Shown here: in pieces, positions 40,201 to 50,809 of the stretch | Numbering within the stretch: position 1 is the stretch's first letter | Layout: each line of letters opens with the position of its first letter | Source of the DNA: an uncultured Gemmatimonadaceae bacterium | GTDB lineage: Bacteria; Gemmatimonadota; Gemmatimonadetes; Gemmatimonadales; Gemmatimonadaceae | DNA: 64,000 bases | Reading direction: 5' to 3' | NCBI GenBank assembly: GCA_963843845.1 | Contig: CAWJMB010000002.1 | Span: forward strand, 3,200,001-3,264,000 | Made by a program: the position numbers and the translations under genes | The notes under the pieces: generated by a model | Databases searched by the model: none | The model's input: the letters and a program-made list of their open reading frames with translations, nothing else | What the model was told of the DNA's origin: nothing

Positions 40201-43166
40201 GCCTGCCGCTGTCGCCGAGCGGCAAGGTCGATCGCCGCGCCCTTCCGGCGCCGGAGCCGCGCGACGTGCCGCAGACCGCCTTCGTCGCGCCGCGCACGCC
40301 GACCGAACGGTCGATCGCCGGCCTGTGGGCCGAGACGCTCGGCGTCGCGCGGGCGAGCGTGCACGACGACTTCTTCGCGCTCGGCGGGCACTCGCTGCTC
40401 GCCTCGCAGCTCCTCGCGCGCCTGCGTCGCGACCACGGCGTCGAGCTCGCGTTCCGCACGATCTTCGAGGCGCCGACGATCGCCCGGCTCGCCGCCGAGG
40501 TCGACCTCGTGCGCGCCGCGGCGGACGCGGCGGACGCGGCCGACGTGCGGCGCACGGAGCTCGTGCACCTCGCGGAGCAGACCGTCGCGCCGATCTCGAT
40601 GCTCCAGGAGCGCATCTGGCGGCTCGAGGAGATGAACGAGCAGTCGGCGCCCGCGCACATGCACCCCGCCGCGTGGCGGCTGCGCGGCACACTCGACGTG
40701 CCCGCGCTCGAGCGCGCCGTGCAGCGGTTCGCCGACCGCCAGTCGATCATGCGGACGAGCTTCCACGTCGTCGACGGTGAGTACGTGCAGCGCGTCGCGC
40801 CGTACGTGGTGCTCCCGCTCTCGAAGCTCGACCTCGCGGGGCTGCCGGCCGACGAGCGCGAGCGGCGGCTCGCCGCGTGGGCGCTCGACGAGCAGAGTCG
40901 GCCGTTCGACCTCACGGCGCCGCTGCTCCGCGCGACGCTCGTGCGGCTCACGCCGACCGAGCACGTGCTGTACACGCTGCAGCACTCGATGATCTGGGAC
41001 GGCTGGTCGTTCGACGTGTTCCTGAACGAGGTCGCGGAGCTGTACGCGGCGAGCGTCGAGGCCCGCACGCCGAACGTTCCCGAGCTCCCGATCACGTACG
41101 CCGACTTCGCCGCGTGGCAGCGCGATCGCCTCGCCGGCCCCGAACTGGCCGAGCACGTCGCGTGGTGGCGCGAGCACCTGGCGGGCGAGCTGCCGGCGCT
41201 CGCGCTCCCCACGGATCACGCGCGCGCCGCGGCGGCGACGTTCGCCGGCGGCCGCGTCTCGTGTCTGCTCTCGTCCGACGAGATGGGCGCGCTCCGCGCG
41301 GTCGCGCACGCGCACAACGTCACGCCGTTCGTCGTCTTCCTCGGCCTCTACGAGGTGCTGCTGCACCGGTGGACGGGACAGACCGACCTCATCATCGGCG
41401 CGCCGATGCGCGGGCGGACGCGCGCGGAGCTCGAGCACATCGCCGGGCCGCTCGTCAACACGCTGCCGCTGCGCCTGCGCGTCGATCCGTCGCAGTCGTT
41501 CGCCGCGCTGCTGGCCGCGGCACGCGCCGTGAGCCTCGACGCGTTCAGCCGCCCGGAGATCCCGGTCGAGCTGTTAGGCCACCGCCCGCCCGCGCTGCGC
41601 GCGATCCTCTCGATGCAGGACGCGCGCGGACGCCCCGAGGCGATGAGCGACGTGCGCATCGAGCAGTGGTATCCGGCCGAGCGCTACGCGGCCGCCGACC
41701 TCACGCTGTGGGCGAAGGAGACGGCGTCGGAGCTCCGCGTCGTCATGAACTTCAACGCGGACCTGTTCGACGCCGCGACGGTGGGGCGCATGCTCGCGCA
41801 GTTCCGGCGCCTGCTCGTCGCGGTCGCCGCGGACGCGGCGTGTCCGCTGCACGAGCTGCCCCTGCTCGACGACGCGGAGCGCCGGGTCGCGTGCGGCTTC
41901 GCCGACGCCGGGCGCCCGACGCTCGCCGCGCGACTCGGCGCGACGTCGAGCGACACGATCGTCAGCGCGCTGTCGATCCTCGATCCCTCCGCGTCGGTCG
42001 TCGAGCAGCTCGCCTCGGAGTCGCGCGCACTGCTCGTCGCGCTCGACGAAGACGACGCCGACGATCCGGACACGCTCGCCGAACGGCTGCACGACGCGAC
42101 GATCGCGGTCGCCCCGCTCGACCGCTGGCGCGACCTCGCGTCGATCGGCTGGCTGCCGCCGTCGACGCTGCGCTGCCTCGTCAGCGACGGCGAGTGCGCC
42201 GACGCGCACGCGATCGCCGCCGCGTTCCCCGCCGACGCCGATGTCCTCGTCGCGGTCGGGAGCACGAGCGGGCACGGGTGGCTCACGCTGCACACGCTGG
42301 TCCGCGCCGCCGGCCGCCCGACGCTCGCGGCCGGCGCGCCCCTCGGCGGGGCGGCGCTCGTCGTCGTCGACGCGCACGACCACCCTGCACCGCTCGGCGT
42401 GTTCGGCCGGCTGCACGTGACGACGCCCGACGGGGCGCGCGCGCCGACGGGACTCGTCGCGCGCCGCACGGCCTCGGGCGAGATCGACGTCGACCGCTCG
42501 GCGCTCGCCGTGCGGCGCGGCGTGCCGGTTCCGCTGCGCGCCGTCGAGACCGCGTTAGGCACCCACCCCGCGATCGCCGACGCCGCGGCCGCGGTGCACC
42601 CCGACGCGGAGGGCTTCGCCCAGATCGTCGCGTACGTCGTCGTCCACCCGGGCGCCGTGTACACCGACACCGAGCTCCGCGCCCGCGTCCGCGCGACCCT
42701 TCCCGCGTCGATGGCGCCGCAGACGGTCGTGCGGTGCAGCGAGCTGCCCGACGGCGATGCGCTCGAGCGTCGGTCGCGGCTCGCGACGCCGTACCGCGCC
42801 GCGGGCGACGACGCGCGGCGCGAGCTGCCGGCGGACGACGCGGAGCGCGCGCTCGCCGCGGTCTGGTGCGAGCTGTTGGGCATCGCCGCCGTCGCCCGCG
42901 ACGACAACTTCTTCGCGCTCGGCGGATTCTCGCTGCTCTGCTTCCGCGCGATCGACCGCGTCGAGCGGCTGACGGGGGTGCGCCTCAGTCCACGCGCATT
43001 CCTCGTCGGGACCCTCGCGCAGGTCGCGGCGCCGCTCGCCGGCGCGACGTGGCGCGCGACGCCGCTCGACGCGCCCGCGGTGCGCCCGGCGCCACGCCAC
43101 CAGCCCGCCGACGCGCCGCGCCGCATGTTCGGCCGCCTCCGCGGCCTGCTCGGCAGGAGCGCGTGA
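37263..43166 (+). CDS. NRPS: C-A-T-C*-A*(truncated)-T, no thioesterase
   Basis: C1 HHIVCDG; A1 [27 protein letters not shown]1 [10 protein letters not shown]2 QHSMIWDG; the second A domain lacks core motifs; T2 FFALGGFSL. Confidence 0.92.
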   Translation: MLTTPAAAALAPEHDPFAGPAIEAVVTTTDPQREIWAATRLGDAASLAFNEAVTVRLRGALDRSALLAAVRDVVARHDALRSVVTDDGTSLVVHAVPDDGAVDVSFEEHDWCESLVERAVNEPFDLERGPLVRFALLRAADDEHVLLLTAHHIVCDGWSFGVIVGELAAAYSARAAGDAPVLAPAAQFSDHARTARSDDARAATDAAEAFWARALASAPAALDLPLDRARPARRTHASARVDHVVPAALVRDVAAAGARSGASLYATLVAGFGALLHRLTGQDDVVVGIPAAGQAAAGAPSLVGHCVAMLPLRLRVDAASSFAALTASTRGALLDALEHQAASLGTLLARLPAARDASRPPLIAATFNLEREPAGGAPAFAGLASEVRTVPRTHETFELFVNAVERGGALAIECQYNTALFDRETVARWLASYEQLLASAAARPETPVEALAARTAADDAVDAAGAAAELAPGPTTVAALLNDGIAAAIARAPHAVAVESDAGSLTYAELDRRANQLAHRLRRDGIRRGSRVGVCVPRTPDLLVALVGVVRAGAAYVPLDPEYPTERLALMAHDAGLDALVTVAALVPCAPAAARHVLLDDALEPITAEPATPPPAVPNDARAVRADDAAYVIYTSGSTGTPKGVVVPNGAAANLLRAVAASPGMTERDVVLAITTLSFDIALSELVLPLTVGARIVLATREQASDGALLRRLVERRGITFVDATPATYRLLLGAGWTGAPHVRAICTGEAMPLDLARELLPRVGALWNGYGPTETTVWATFWKVTAPLDRVLIGTPIAGLRAHVLDRLGRPVPTGAVGELYIGGRGVATGYHARPELTAERFVADPFATAGERGWGMGDRVPSAVPTPDARSPLPGPRMYRTGDLVRRLGDGSLECLGRTDHQVKLRGYRIELGEIEAALAWHVSVRQCVVVAREDRPGDRRLVAYLVGDATDDELLRAHLRRTLPEYMVPAAFVRLARLPLSPSGKVDRRALPAPEPRDVPQTAFVAPRTPTERSIAGLWAETLGVARASVHDDFFALGGHSLLASQLLARLRRDHGVELAFRTIFEAPTIARLAAEVDLVRAAADAADAADVRRTELVHLAEQTVAPISMLQERIWRLEEMNEQSAPAHMHPAAWRLRGTLDVPALERAVQRFADRQSIMRTSFHVVDGEYVQRVAPYVVLPLSKLDLAGLPADERERRLAAWALDEQSRPFDLTAPLLRATLVRLTPTEHVLYTLQHSMIWDGWSFDVFLNEVAELYAASVEARTPNVPELPITYADFAAWQRDRLAGPELAEHVAWWREHLAGELPALALPTDHARAAAATFAGGRVSCLLSSDEMGALRAVAHAHNVTPFVVFLGLYEVLLHRWTGQTDLIIGAPMRGRTRAELEHIAGPLVNTLPLRLRVDPSQSFAALLAAARAVSLDAFSRPEIPVELLGHRPPALRAILSMQDARGRPEAMSDVRIEQWYPAERYAAADLTLWAKETASELRVVMNFNADLFDAATVGRMLAQFRRLLVAVAADAACPLHELPLLDDAERRVACGFADAGRPTLAARLGATSSDTIVSALSILDPSASVVEQLASESRALLVALDEDDADDPDTLAERLHDATIAVAPLDRWRDLASIGWLPPSTLRCLVSDGECADAHAIAAAFPADADVLVAVGSTSGHGWLTLHTLVRAAGRPTLAAGAPLGGAALVVVDAHDHPAPLGVFGRLHVTTPDGARAPTGLVARRTASGEIDVDRSALAVRRGVPVPLRAVETALGTHPAIADAAAAVHPDAEGFAQIVAYVVVHPGAVYTDTELRARVRATLPASMAPQTVVRCSELPDGDALERRSRLATPYRAAGDDARRELPADDAERALAAVWCELLGIAAVARDDNFFALGGFSLLCFRAIDRVERLTGVRLSPRAFLVGTLAQVAAPLAGATWRATPLDAPAVRPAPRHQPADAPRRMFGRLRGLLGRSA
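39812..39894. repeat. Heptamer palindromic element, copy 3 (in-frame inside NRPS A domain)
   Basis: ggccggggagcggggatggggg...gatccccgctccccggcc between FVADPF and MYRTGD. Confidence 0.8.
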
Positions 43167-46100
43167 GGGTGGCCGGGGCGATGCCGGGCGCGCGCACGCT
43201 GCACGGCGCGTTCGCGGCGCAGGCGGCACGCACGCCGCACGCGGTGGCGCTCACCGTCGAGGGGGAGTCGGTCACCTACGCGGCGCTCGACCGGCAGGCG
43301 AGTCAGCTCGCCCAGGCGCTCGTCGCGCGCGGCGTGCGGCACGGCGACCTCGTGGGGCTGTGCATGGAGCGCGGCCCGTCGCTCATCGCCGGGCTGCTCG
43401 CGATCCTCACGAGCGGCGCCGCCTACGTGCCGCTCGACCCGCACTATCCGGCGGACCGGCTCGCGTACGTGCTGCGCGACGCGCGCGTGTCGCTCGTGCT
43501 CGCCGAGCGTGCGACGGCGGCGGTCGTGCCGAGCGGGGCACACACGACGCTGGACGTCGACGACACGAGCTGGTGGCGCGACGTGCCGGACGACGTGCCG
43601 AACGACGCGCCGGGCGTCGCGAGCGTCGCGAGCGTCGCGAGCGTCGCGAGCGTCGCGAGCGCGCCCGACGATCTCGCGTACGTGATCTACACGTCGGGGT
43701 CGACGGGGAAGCCGAAGGGCGTCATGGTCACGCACGACAACGTCGCGCGACTGTTCACCGCGACCGAGCCGTGGTTCGCCTTCTCGGACCGCGACGTCTG
43801 GACGCTGTTCCACTCGTGCGCGTTCGACTTCTCGGTGTGGGAGATCTGGGGCGCGCTGCTCCACGGCGGGCGTCTCGTCGTCGTGCCGTACGCGACGAGC
43901 CGGTCGCCCGACGCGTTCCGCGCCCTGCTCGCGCGCGAGCGGGTGACGGTACTGAACCAGACGCCGTCCGCGTTCTTTCCGCTCGCCGACGCCGTGCTCG
44001 CCCACGCGCCGTCGCGCGCCGCCGAGCCGCTCGCGCTGCGGATCGTGATCTTCGGCGGCGAGGCGCTCGAGCCGCGGCTGCTGCGCCCCTGGTTCGCGCG
44101 CTTCGGCGACGCGCGCCCGCGGCTCGTGAACATGTACGGCATCACCGAGACGACCGTCCACGTCACGTACCGGCCGATCGTGATGGCGGACGTCGCGGGC
44201 GGGAGCGTCATCGGCGAGCCGATCCCCGATCTCGCGCTCCACGTCCTCGACGATCAGCTGCAGCCCGTGCCGGCGGGCGCGACCGGCGAGATCTTCGTCG
44301 GCGGTGCCGGCGTCGCGCGCGGCTACCTGAACCGTCCGACGCTCACGGCGGAGCGCTTCCTCCGCAACCCGTTCGGCGCGGGGCGGCTCTACCGCTCCGG
44401 CGACCTCGCGCGGCGCCTCGCGAACGGTGACCTCGAGTACCTCGGTCGCGCGGACGCGCAGGTGAAGCTGCGCGGCTTCCGCATCGAGCTCGGCGAGATC
44501 GAGGCGTGCCTCGCGGACCGGCCGGGCGTCGCGCGTGCGGTCGTCGCGGTTCGCGGCGGCGCGAGCGACCCGGACGGCGGCGCCGAGCCGCGGCTCGTCG
44601 CCTACGTCGTCGCGCGCGCGGGCGCTGCGGTGGACGCCGGCGCGTTGCGTGCGTCCGCGCGCCGCGCGCTCCCGGCGCACATGGTTCCCGACGTCGTCGT
44701 CGCGGTCGACGCGATCCCGCTCACCGAGAACGGCAAGGCCGATCGCCGCGCCCTCCCCCCGCCCCCCGTCGTTCGCGCGCGCGACGTCCAGGCTCCGTTC
44801 GTCGAGCCGGCGACCGACGACGAGCGCCTCGTCGCCGGCGTGTGGCGCGACGCGTTAGGCATCGACGCCGTCGGTGCGCTCGACTCGTTCTTCGACCTCG
44901 GCGGCACGTCGCGCCTGGCGCTGCTCGTCGTCGCGCGACTCGCCGAGCGCGGCGTGGAGGTGCCGGTGACGCGCGTGTTCGAGCGGGTGACGCTGCGGGC
45001 GTTCGCGTCGGGGATCGGAGACCGGGGCTCGGGGATCGGCACCGCGTCCGGCACCGGATGCCCGATCCCCGAGCCCCGATCCCCGGCAGTCGATCGCTCC
45101 GTCGCCATCGTCGGCATGGCCGTCCGCCTCCCCGGCGCCGACGACGTCGATCAGTTCTGGGCGAACCTGCGCGACTCGGTCGAGTCGATCAGCCACTTCA
45201 CGCCCGAGGAGCTTCACGCCGCCGGCCTCACCGACGCCGCGCGCGACCCAGACTACGTCCCGGCGCGCGGCGTGCTGCGCGACGTCGACCGCTTCGACGC
45301 GCCCTTCTTCGGGATGTCGGCGCGCGAGGCACAGCTCACCGACCCGCAGCAGCGACTGCTGCTCGAGCTGTCGTGGAGTGCGCTCGAGCACAGCGGACAC
45401 GTTCCGGAGCGCTTCGGCGGCGCGATCGGCGTGTTCGCCGGCGTGCACGTGAACGACTACGCCCGCGTGCTGCAGGGGCGCCCCGATCTCGTCGCACAGT
45501 TCGGCGCGTTCAACGCGATGCTGCTGAACGAGAAGGACTACGTCGCGACGCGCATCGCGCACCGACTCGACCTCACCGGCCCCGCGCTCAGCATCCACAC
45601 CGCGTGCTCGACGTCGCTCGTGAACGTGGTGCAGGCCGTGCAGAGTCTGCGCGCCGGCGCCTGCGACCTCGCGCTCGCCGGCGGCGCGGCGCTCGCCCTG
45701 CCGACGACGAGCGGACACCTGTATCAGGAGGGCTCGATGCTCTCCGCGGACGGCCGCACGCGCACCTTCGACGCGTCGGCCGCCGGGACGGTCTTCAGCG
45801 ACGGCGCCGGCGTCGTCGCGCTCAAGCGCCTCGCAGACGCGGAGCGCGACGGCGACACGATCCACGCCGTGATCCGCGGCGTCGGCGTCAGCAACGACGG
45901 CGCGCGCAAGGCGAGCTTCACGGCGCCGAGCGTCGACGGTCAGGCGGCGGCGATCGCGGCGGCACACCGAGACGCCGGCGTCGCGCCGCGCGACGTGTCG
46001 TATGTCGAGGCGCACGGCACCGCCACACCGTTGGGCGACCCGATCGAGGTCGAGGCGCTGACCCGCGTCTTCCGCGCCGACACGGCCGACGTCGGCTTCT

Positions 46101-49100
46101 GCGGACTCGGCTCGGTGAAGAGCAACGTCGGGCATACGGTCGTCGCGGCCGGCGCGGCGGGGCTCATCAAGACGGCCCTCGCACTCGCGCACGAGACGAT
46201 CCCGGCGACGCTGCACTACACGACGCCGAACCCGCTGCTGAACCTCGCGGCGAGCCCGTTCGCCGTCGTCGCGGCGCCGACGCCGTGGCCGCGCGCCGCG
46301 ACGCCGCGGCTCGCCGGCGTCAGCTCGTTCGGCATCGGCGGCACCAACGCGCACGTCGTCGTCGGCGAGGCGCCGGTCGCGGAGCCGGCGACCGCGTCTC
46401 CCGCACGCGCCGAGCGGCTGCTCCTCCTGTCGGCGCGCACGCCGGCGGCGCTCGCCGCGATGCGCGCGTCGCTCGCCGCGACGCTGGCACGCACCGACGC
46501 GCCGGCGCTCGTCGACGTGGCGCGCACCCTCGCCGTCGGCCGGCGCCGGTTCGCGCACCGCTGCGCGGTCGTCGCGCGCTCGGCGGCCGGGGCAGCGAAC
46601 GCGTTGGCCACACCGACGAGCCGCGCCGCAGCCACGGGACAGACCGCCGAGCCGCCGCGCGTCGCGTTTCTGTTCCCCGGTCAGGGCGCGCAGTACGCGC
46701 GCATGGGCCGCGCGCTCTACGACGCCGAGCCGGTGTTCCGCGACGCGTTCGACGAGTGCGCCGCGATCGCACGCGGCGCGACCGGCATCGCGCTGCGCGC
46801 GGCGGTGGACGAGGGCGACGAACGCGCGCTGCGTCAGACGTCGCTCGCGCAGCCGGCGATCTTCGCGACCGAGTACGCGCTCGCGACGCTCGTGACGTCG
46901 TGGGGGATCGCGCCGGCGGCGATGATCGGCCACAGCGTCGGCGAGTTCGTCGCCGCGACGCTCGCCGGCGTGCTCTCGCTGCCCGACGCGATGCGTCTCG
47001 TCGCGCTCCGTGGACGGGCGATGCAGGCGCTCCCCGCCGGCGCGATGCTCTCGGTTCGCCTTCCCGCGGCCGAGGTCCGCGCGCGCCTCGCGGCGTTCGG
47101 CGTCACCACCGTCGACGTCGCGTCCGAGAACGCGCCGTCGCTCTGCGTCGTCTCCGGCCCGGGCGACTCGATCGAGCGCGTGCAGCGCGCGTTCGAGTCC
47201 GACGGCGTCGCGTGCCGCCCGCTGCACACCTCGCACGCCTTCCACTCGGCGATGATGGACCCTGCGGTCGGGGCGTTCGCGGCGCTGCTGCGCGACGTGC
47301 CGCTCGCCGCGCCGCGCACGCCGATCGTGTCGACCGTCACCGGCGAGTGGCTCACGGCGGCCGAGGCGTGCGACGCGCGCTACTGGGCCGGGCACCTCCG
47401 CGCGACCGTGCGCTTCGACGCCGGTGTGCGGACGCTCTGGCAGATGCCGAACGTCGCCCTGCTCGAGCTCGGCCCGCGCGGCACCCTCGCCACGCTCGCG
47501 CGCCAGCAGCGCCCCGCGCACGCCGACTCGCTCTGCCTCGCCGCACTCGGCGACGTCGGCGATCCGGCGGCCGAGCGAGCCGCGCTGCTCGGAGCGGTCG
47601 GCCACCTCTGGACGCGCGGCGTCGAGCCCGACTGGAGCGCGCTCGCCGGCGTCGACCGCGGCCGCCGCGTTCCGTTGCCCACCTACCCGTTCGACCGTCA
47701 ACGCCATTGGGCGGCCCCGCTCGACGCCGCGCACGCCGAGTCGAGTCCCGTCCGCAGCCGCCGTCCCAGCCGCCGTCCCCGCGCCGACGCTCACGCTCGT
47801 CCGATCCACTGCCGCCGCAATGCCTCAACCGACGGTCTCCCCTCCCGATCGTCTCGTCGCCGATCTGTGCGCCGTGCTCGAGCGCGTCTCCGGCGAGCCC
47901 CTTCCCGCCGACGCGTCGCACGCGCGCTTCGTCGAGCTGGGCTTCGACTCGCTCGTGCTCACGCAGGTCGCGCTCGCCCTCTCGACGCAGTACGGCCGCA
48001 GGATCACCTTCCGCCAGCTGCTCGAGGAGCTCGACTCGGTGAGCGCGCTCGCCGCGCATCTCGCCGACGCGGCGACGCCCGCCCCCCTCGCGCCTCACGC
48101 GCCGACCCCGCCGGTCCTCGCACCGGGCGTGATCCCGGGGCTGGTGCCGAACGTCGCGGTGCCGTCGGTCGGCACGAGTGCCGTCGAGCGCCTCGTGCAG
48201 CAGCAGTTGCAGATCATGGCGCAGCAGCTGGCGGTGCTGGGAAGCGCCGGGGACCGGGGTCCGGACACCGATCGCCACCCGATCCCCGATCCCCGGTCCC
48301 CGGCGGTCCCGGCCGCCGCGCCCGCCGTGTCCGCCGCGCCCGCCGCGCCCGCCGCGCCCGCCGACGACCCGCTTCCCTCCGTCGGCCCCCAGCGCGCGCT
48401 CTACGACGCCACGAAGGCCTTCGGCGCCGCGCCGCGCATCACCGTCACGCGCGGCGGCGAGCTGACACCGGTGCAGCGCACGCGGCTCGACGCGTTCGTG
48501 CGGCGCTACACGGCGCGCACGGCCGGCTCGCGGCGCTACACGGCCGAGCACCGCGGCGAGATGGCCGACCCGCGCGTGACGACCGGGTTCCGCCCCGCGG
48601 TGAAGGAGCTCGTCTACCCGATCGTCGTCGAGCGGTCGCAGGGGCCGCGGCTGTGGGACGTCGACGGCAACGAGTACGTCGACGTGCTGTCGGGGTTCGG
48701 GTCGAACATGTTCGGCTGGTCGCCGCCGTTCGTCGTCGACGCGATCAAGGCGCAACTCGACCGCGGCTACGAAGTCGGACCGCAGTCGCCGCTCGCCGGC
48801 GACGTCGCGCGGCTCGTCTGCGAGGTCACGGGGCACGAGCGGGCCGCGTTCTGCAGCACCGGGTCGGAGGCGGTGCTGGGCGCCATCCGCATCGCGCGCA
48901 CCGTCACCGGGCGCCGCACGATCGTGCTGTTCGCCGGCTCGTACCACGGCATCAACGACGAGTCGATCGTGCGCGCTGCCCGCACGCGTGGCGCGATCCC
49001 GGCCGCCCCCGGCATCCTCGACGACGCGACGTCGAACGTGCTCGTGCTCGAGTACGGCAGCGACGCGTCGCTGCAGGTCATCGCGGACCGCGCCGGCGAC

Positions 49101-49947
49101 ATCGCGGCCGTCCTCGTCGAGCCGGTGCAGAGCCGCCGTCCCGATCTGCAGCCCGCGGAGTTCCTGCGCGCGCTGCGAGAGCTGACGACACGCACGGGCA
49201 TCGTCTGCATCTGGGACGAGATCGTCACCGGCTTCCGCGTGGCGCTCGGCGGAGCGCAGGAGCACTTCGGGATCAGGGCCGACCTCGCGACCTACGGCAA
49301 GGTCGTCGGCGGCGGCCTGCCGATCGGCGTCATCGCCGGGCGACGCGACCTGCTGGACGCGCTCGACGGCGGTGCGTGGCAGTACGGCGACGCGTCGGTG
49401 CCGGAGGTCGGCGTCACCTACTTCGCGGGGACGTTCGTGCGGCACCCGCTCGCGCTCGCCGCGGCGCGCGCCGTCCTCGACGCACCTGCAGCGCGAAGGG
49501 CCGTCGTTGCAGCGAACGCTCACCGCACGCACGACGGCGATGGCGGCGACGCTGAACGCGCAGTTCCAGTCGGCCGGCGCGCCGCTCGAGATCCGATCGT
49601 TCGCGTCGCTCTGGAAGACGTTCGTCACCGGCGACCATCCGTTCTCGGACCTGCTGTTCTACGGCCTGCGCGATCGGGGGGTGCACATCTACGACGGCTT
49701 TCCCTGCTTCCTCACGACGGCGCACGGCGAGGCCGACGTCGCGCACGTGGTCGAGGCGTTCGACGAGGCGGTGCACGAGCTGCAAGAGGGCGGCTTCCTC
49801 GCCGGCCGCCGCATCGCGAGCGCCCCACTCGCGCCCGACCGTCCCCCCGTTCCCGGCGCCCGACTCGGCCGCGACCGCGACGGGTCGCCGGCGTGGTTCA
49901 CGACCGATCCGCAGTCCGGGCGCCACGTGAAGGTCGGCGCCGCGTGA
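43163..49947 (+). CDS. Hybrid NRPS-PKS: A(Thr)-T-KS-AT(malonyl)-ACP-class III aminotransferase (frameshifts near 47750 and 49485)
   Basis: A code read as [45 protein letters not shown] and HAFH; ACP LGFDSL; Am[20 protein letters not shown]-terminal '[19 protein letters not shown]'. Alternative start at ATG 43181. Confidence 0.9.
43616..43660. repeat. In-frame 9-bp tandem repeat (gtcgcgagc) x5 encoding (VAS)5
   Basis: Visible just before the A3 motif. Confidence 0.9.
45007..45087. repeat. Heptamer palindromic element, copy 4 (T-KS linker)
   Basis: gtcggggatcggagaccggggctcggggatcgg...cccgatccccgagccccgatccccggc. Confidence 0.8.
48246..48304. repeat. Heptamer palindromic element, copy 5 (ACP-aminotransferase linker)
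   Basis: gccggggaccgggg...cgatccccgatccccggtccccggc; shares the inner cgatcgccacccgat with copy 2. Confidence 0.8.
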
Positions 49948-49990
49948 CGCGGGCGCCTGCCGCGAGCGCCTGAGGCGCCTGCCCGACGCC

Positions 49991-50809
49991 ATGCACATCA
50001 GAATCCACGACGAGACTCCGCGCTTCTTCGGCTCGGCGCGCCGGCCGCTCTACGGCGTTCACCACGCGCCGGCCGCCGCCGGGCGACGCGCAGGCGTCGT
50101 ACTCTGCCCGGCCGCGCCGCAGGAGTCGCGGCAGACACACTGGGCCGTCCGCCAGCTCGCGATCCAGCTCGCCGACGCCGGCGTGCACGCCCTCCGCTTC
50201 GACTACTCGGGCACGGGCGACTCCGCGGGCGACGACGACGCGATCGACTTCGACGCGTGGGTGACCGACGCGCGCGACGCGGCGGCCGAGCTGCGCGACG
50301 TGGCCGGCGTGCGACGCGTCGCGTTCGTCGGGCTGCGGCTGGGCGCCGCGGTCGCGTGGCGCGCCGCGGCCGCGGAGGCGTCGCCCGGAGACCTCGTGCT
50401 CTGGGAGCCGGTCATCGACGGCGCCGCGTACCTCGCGGAGCTCGAGGCCGCGCACCAGTGGACGCTGCGCGAGGCCGTCTACCCCGAGCGCATCGCCCGC
50501 CTCCCCGGCGAGTGCCTCGGCTTCGTCGTCCCGCCGGCGATGCGCGACGCGGTCGCCGCGATCGACCTGTTGCGCGAGCCGTTCGGCGCCGCGCCGCGCA
50601 CGCTGCTCGTCGACGCGGCGCAGCGCGCGTCGTGCGCGCAGCTCGCGCGCCGACTGACGGCGGACGGGCGCGCGGTGCGCCACGCGACCGTCGCCGACGC
50701 GACGTTCGCGCGGGTCGAGCAGTGGGGCGTCAACACGTTCTTCTACCACGCGAGCACGGCGGCGATCGCAGGGTTCGTCGCCGGCCGCGTGGCGTCGCAG
50801 GCGGCGTGA
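49991..50809 (+). CDS. Alpha/beta hydrolase-fold protein, GLRLG elbow (exosortase-A-associated hydrolase 2-like)
   Basis: 'LRFDYSGTGDSAGD', 'FVGLRLGAAVA', 'LVLWEPVIDGAAYL'. Confidence 0.75.
   Translation: MHIRIHDETPRFFGSARRPLYGVHHAPAAAGRRAGVVLCPAAPQESRQTHWAVRQLAIQLADAGVHALRFDYSGTGDSAGDDDAIDFDAWVTDARDAAAELRDVAGVRRVAFVGLRLGAAVAWRAAAAEASPGDLVLWEPVIDGAAYLAELEAAHQWTLREAVYPERIARLPGECLGFVVPPAMRDAVAAIDLLREPFGAAPRTLLVDAAQRASCAQLARRLTADGRAVRHATVADATFARVEQWGVNTFFYHASTAAIAGFVAGRVASQAA

Noticed and set aside
40877..43162. N-terminal ~760 aa of the 2892-aa track ORF
   Set aside because: Off-frame overlap with the upstream NRPS; real coding starts at 43163/43181. The same holds for the N-terminal extensions of 551.., 22029.., 25335.., 27879.., 31217.., 36573.. 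and 61624..63423.
37119..49628. Very long antisense and alternate-frame ORFs over the NRPS/PKS (e.g. 37119..41438, 41684..44680, 44855..47809, 44506..48042)
   Set aside because: Arg/Ala/Gly-rich shadows expected at this GC content, with no motifs.
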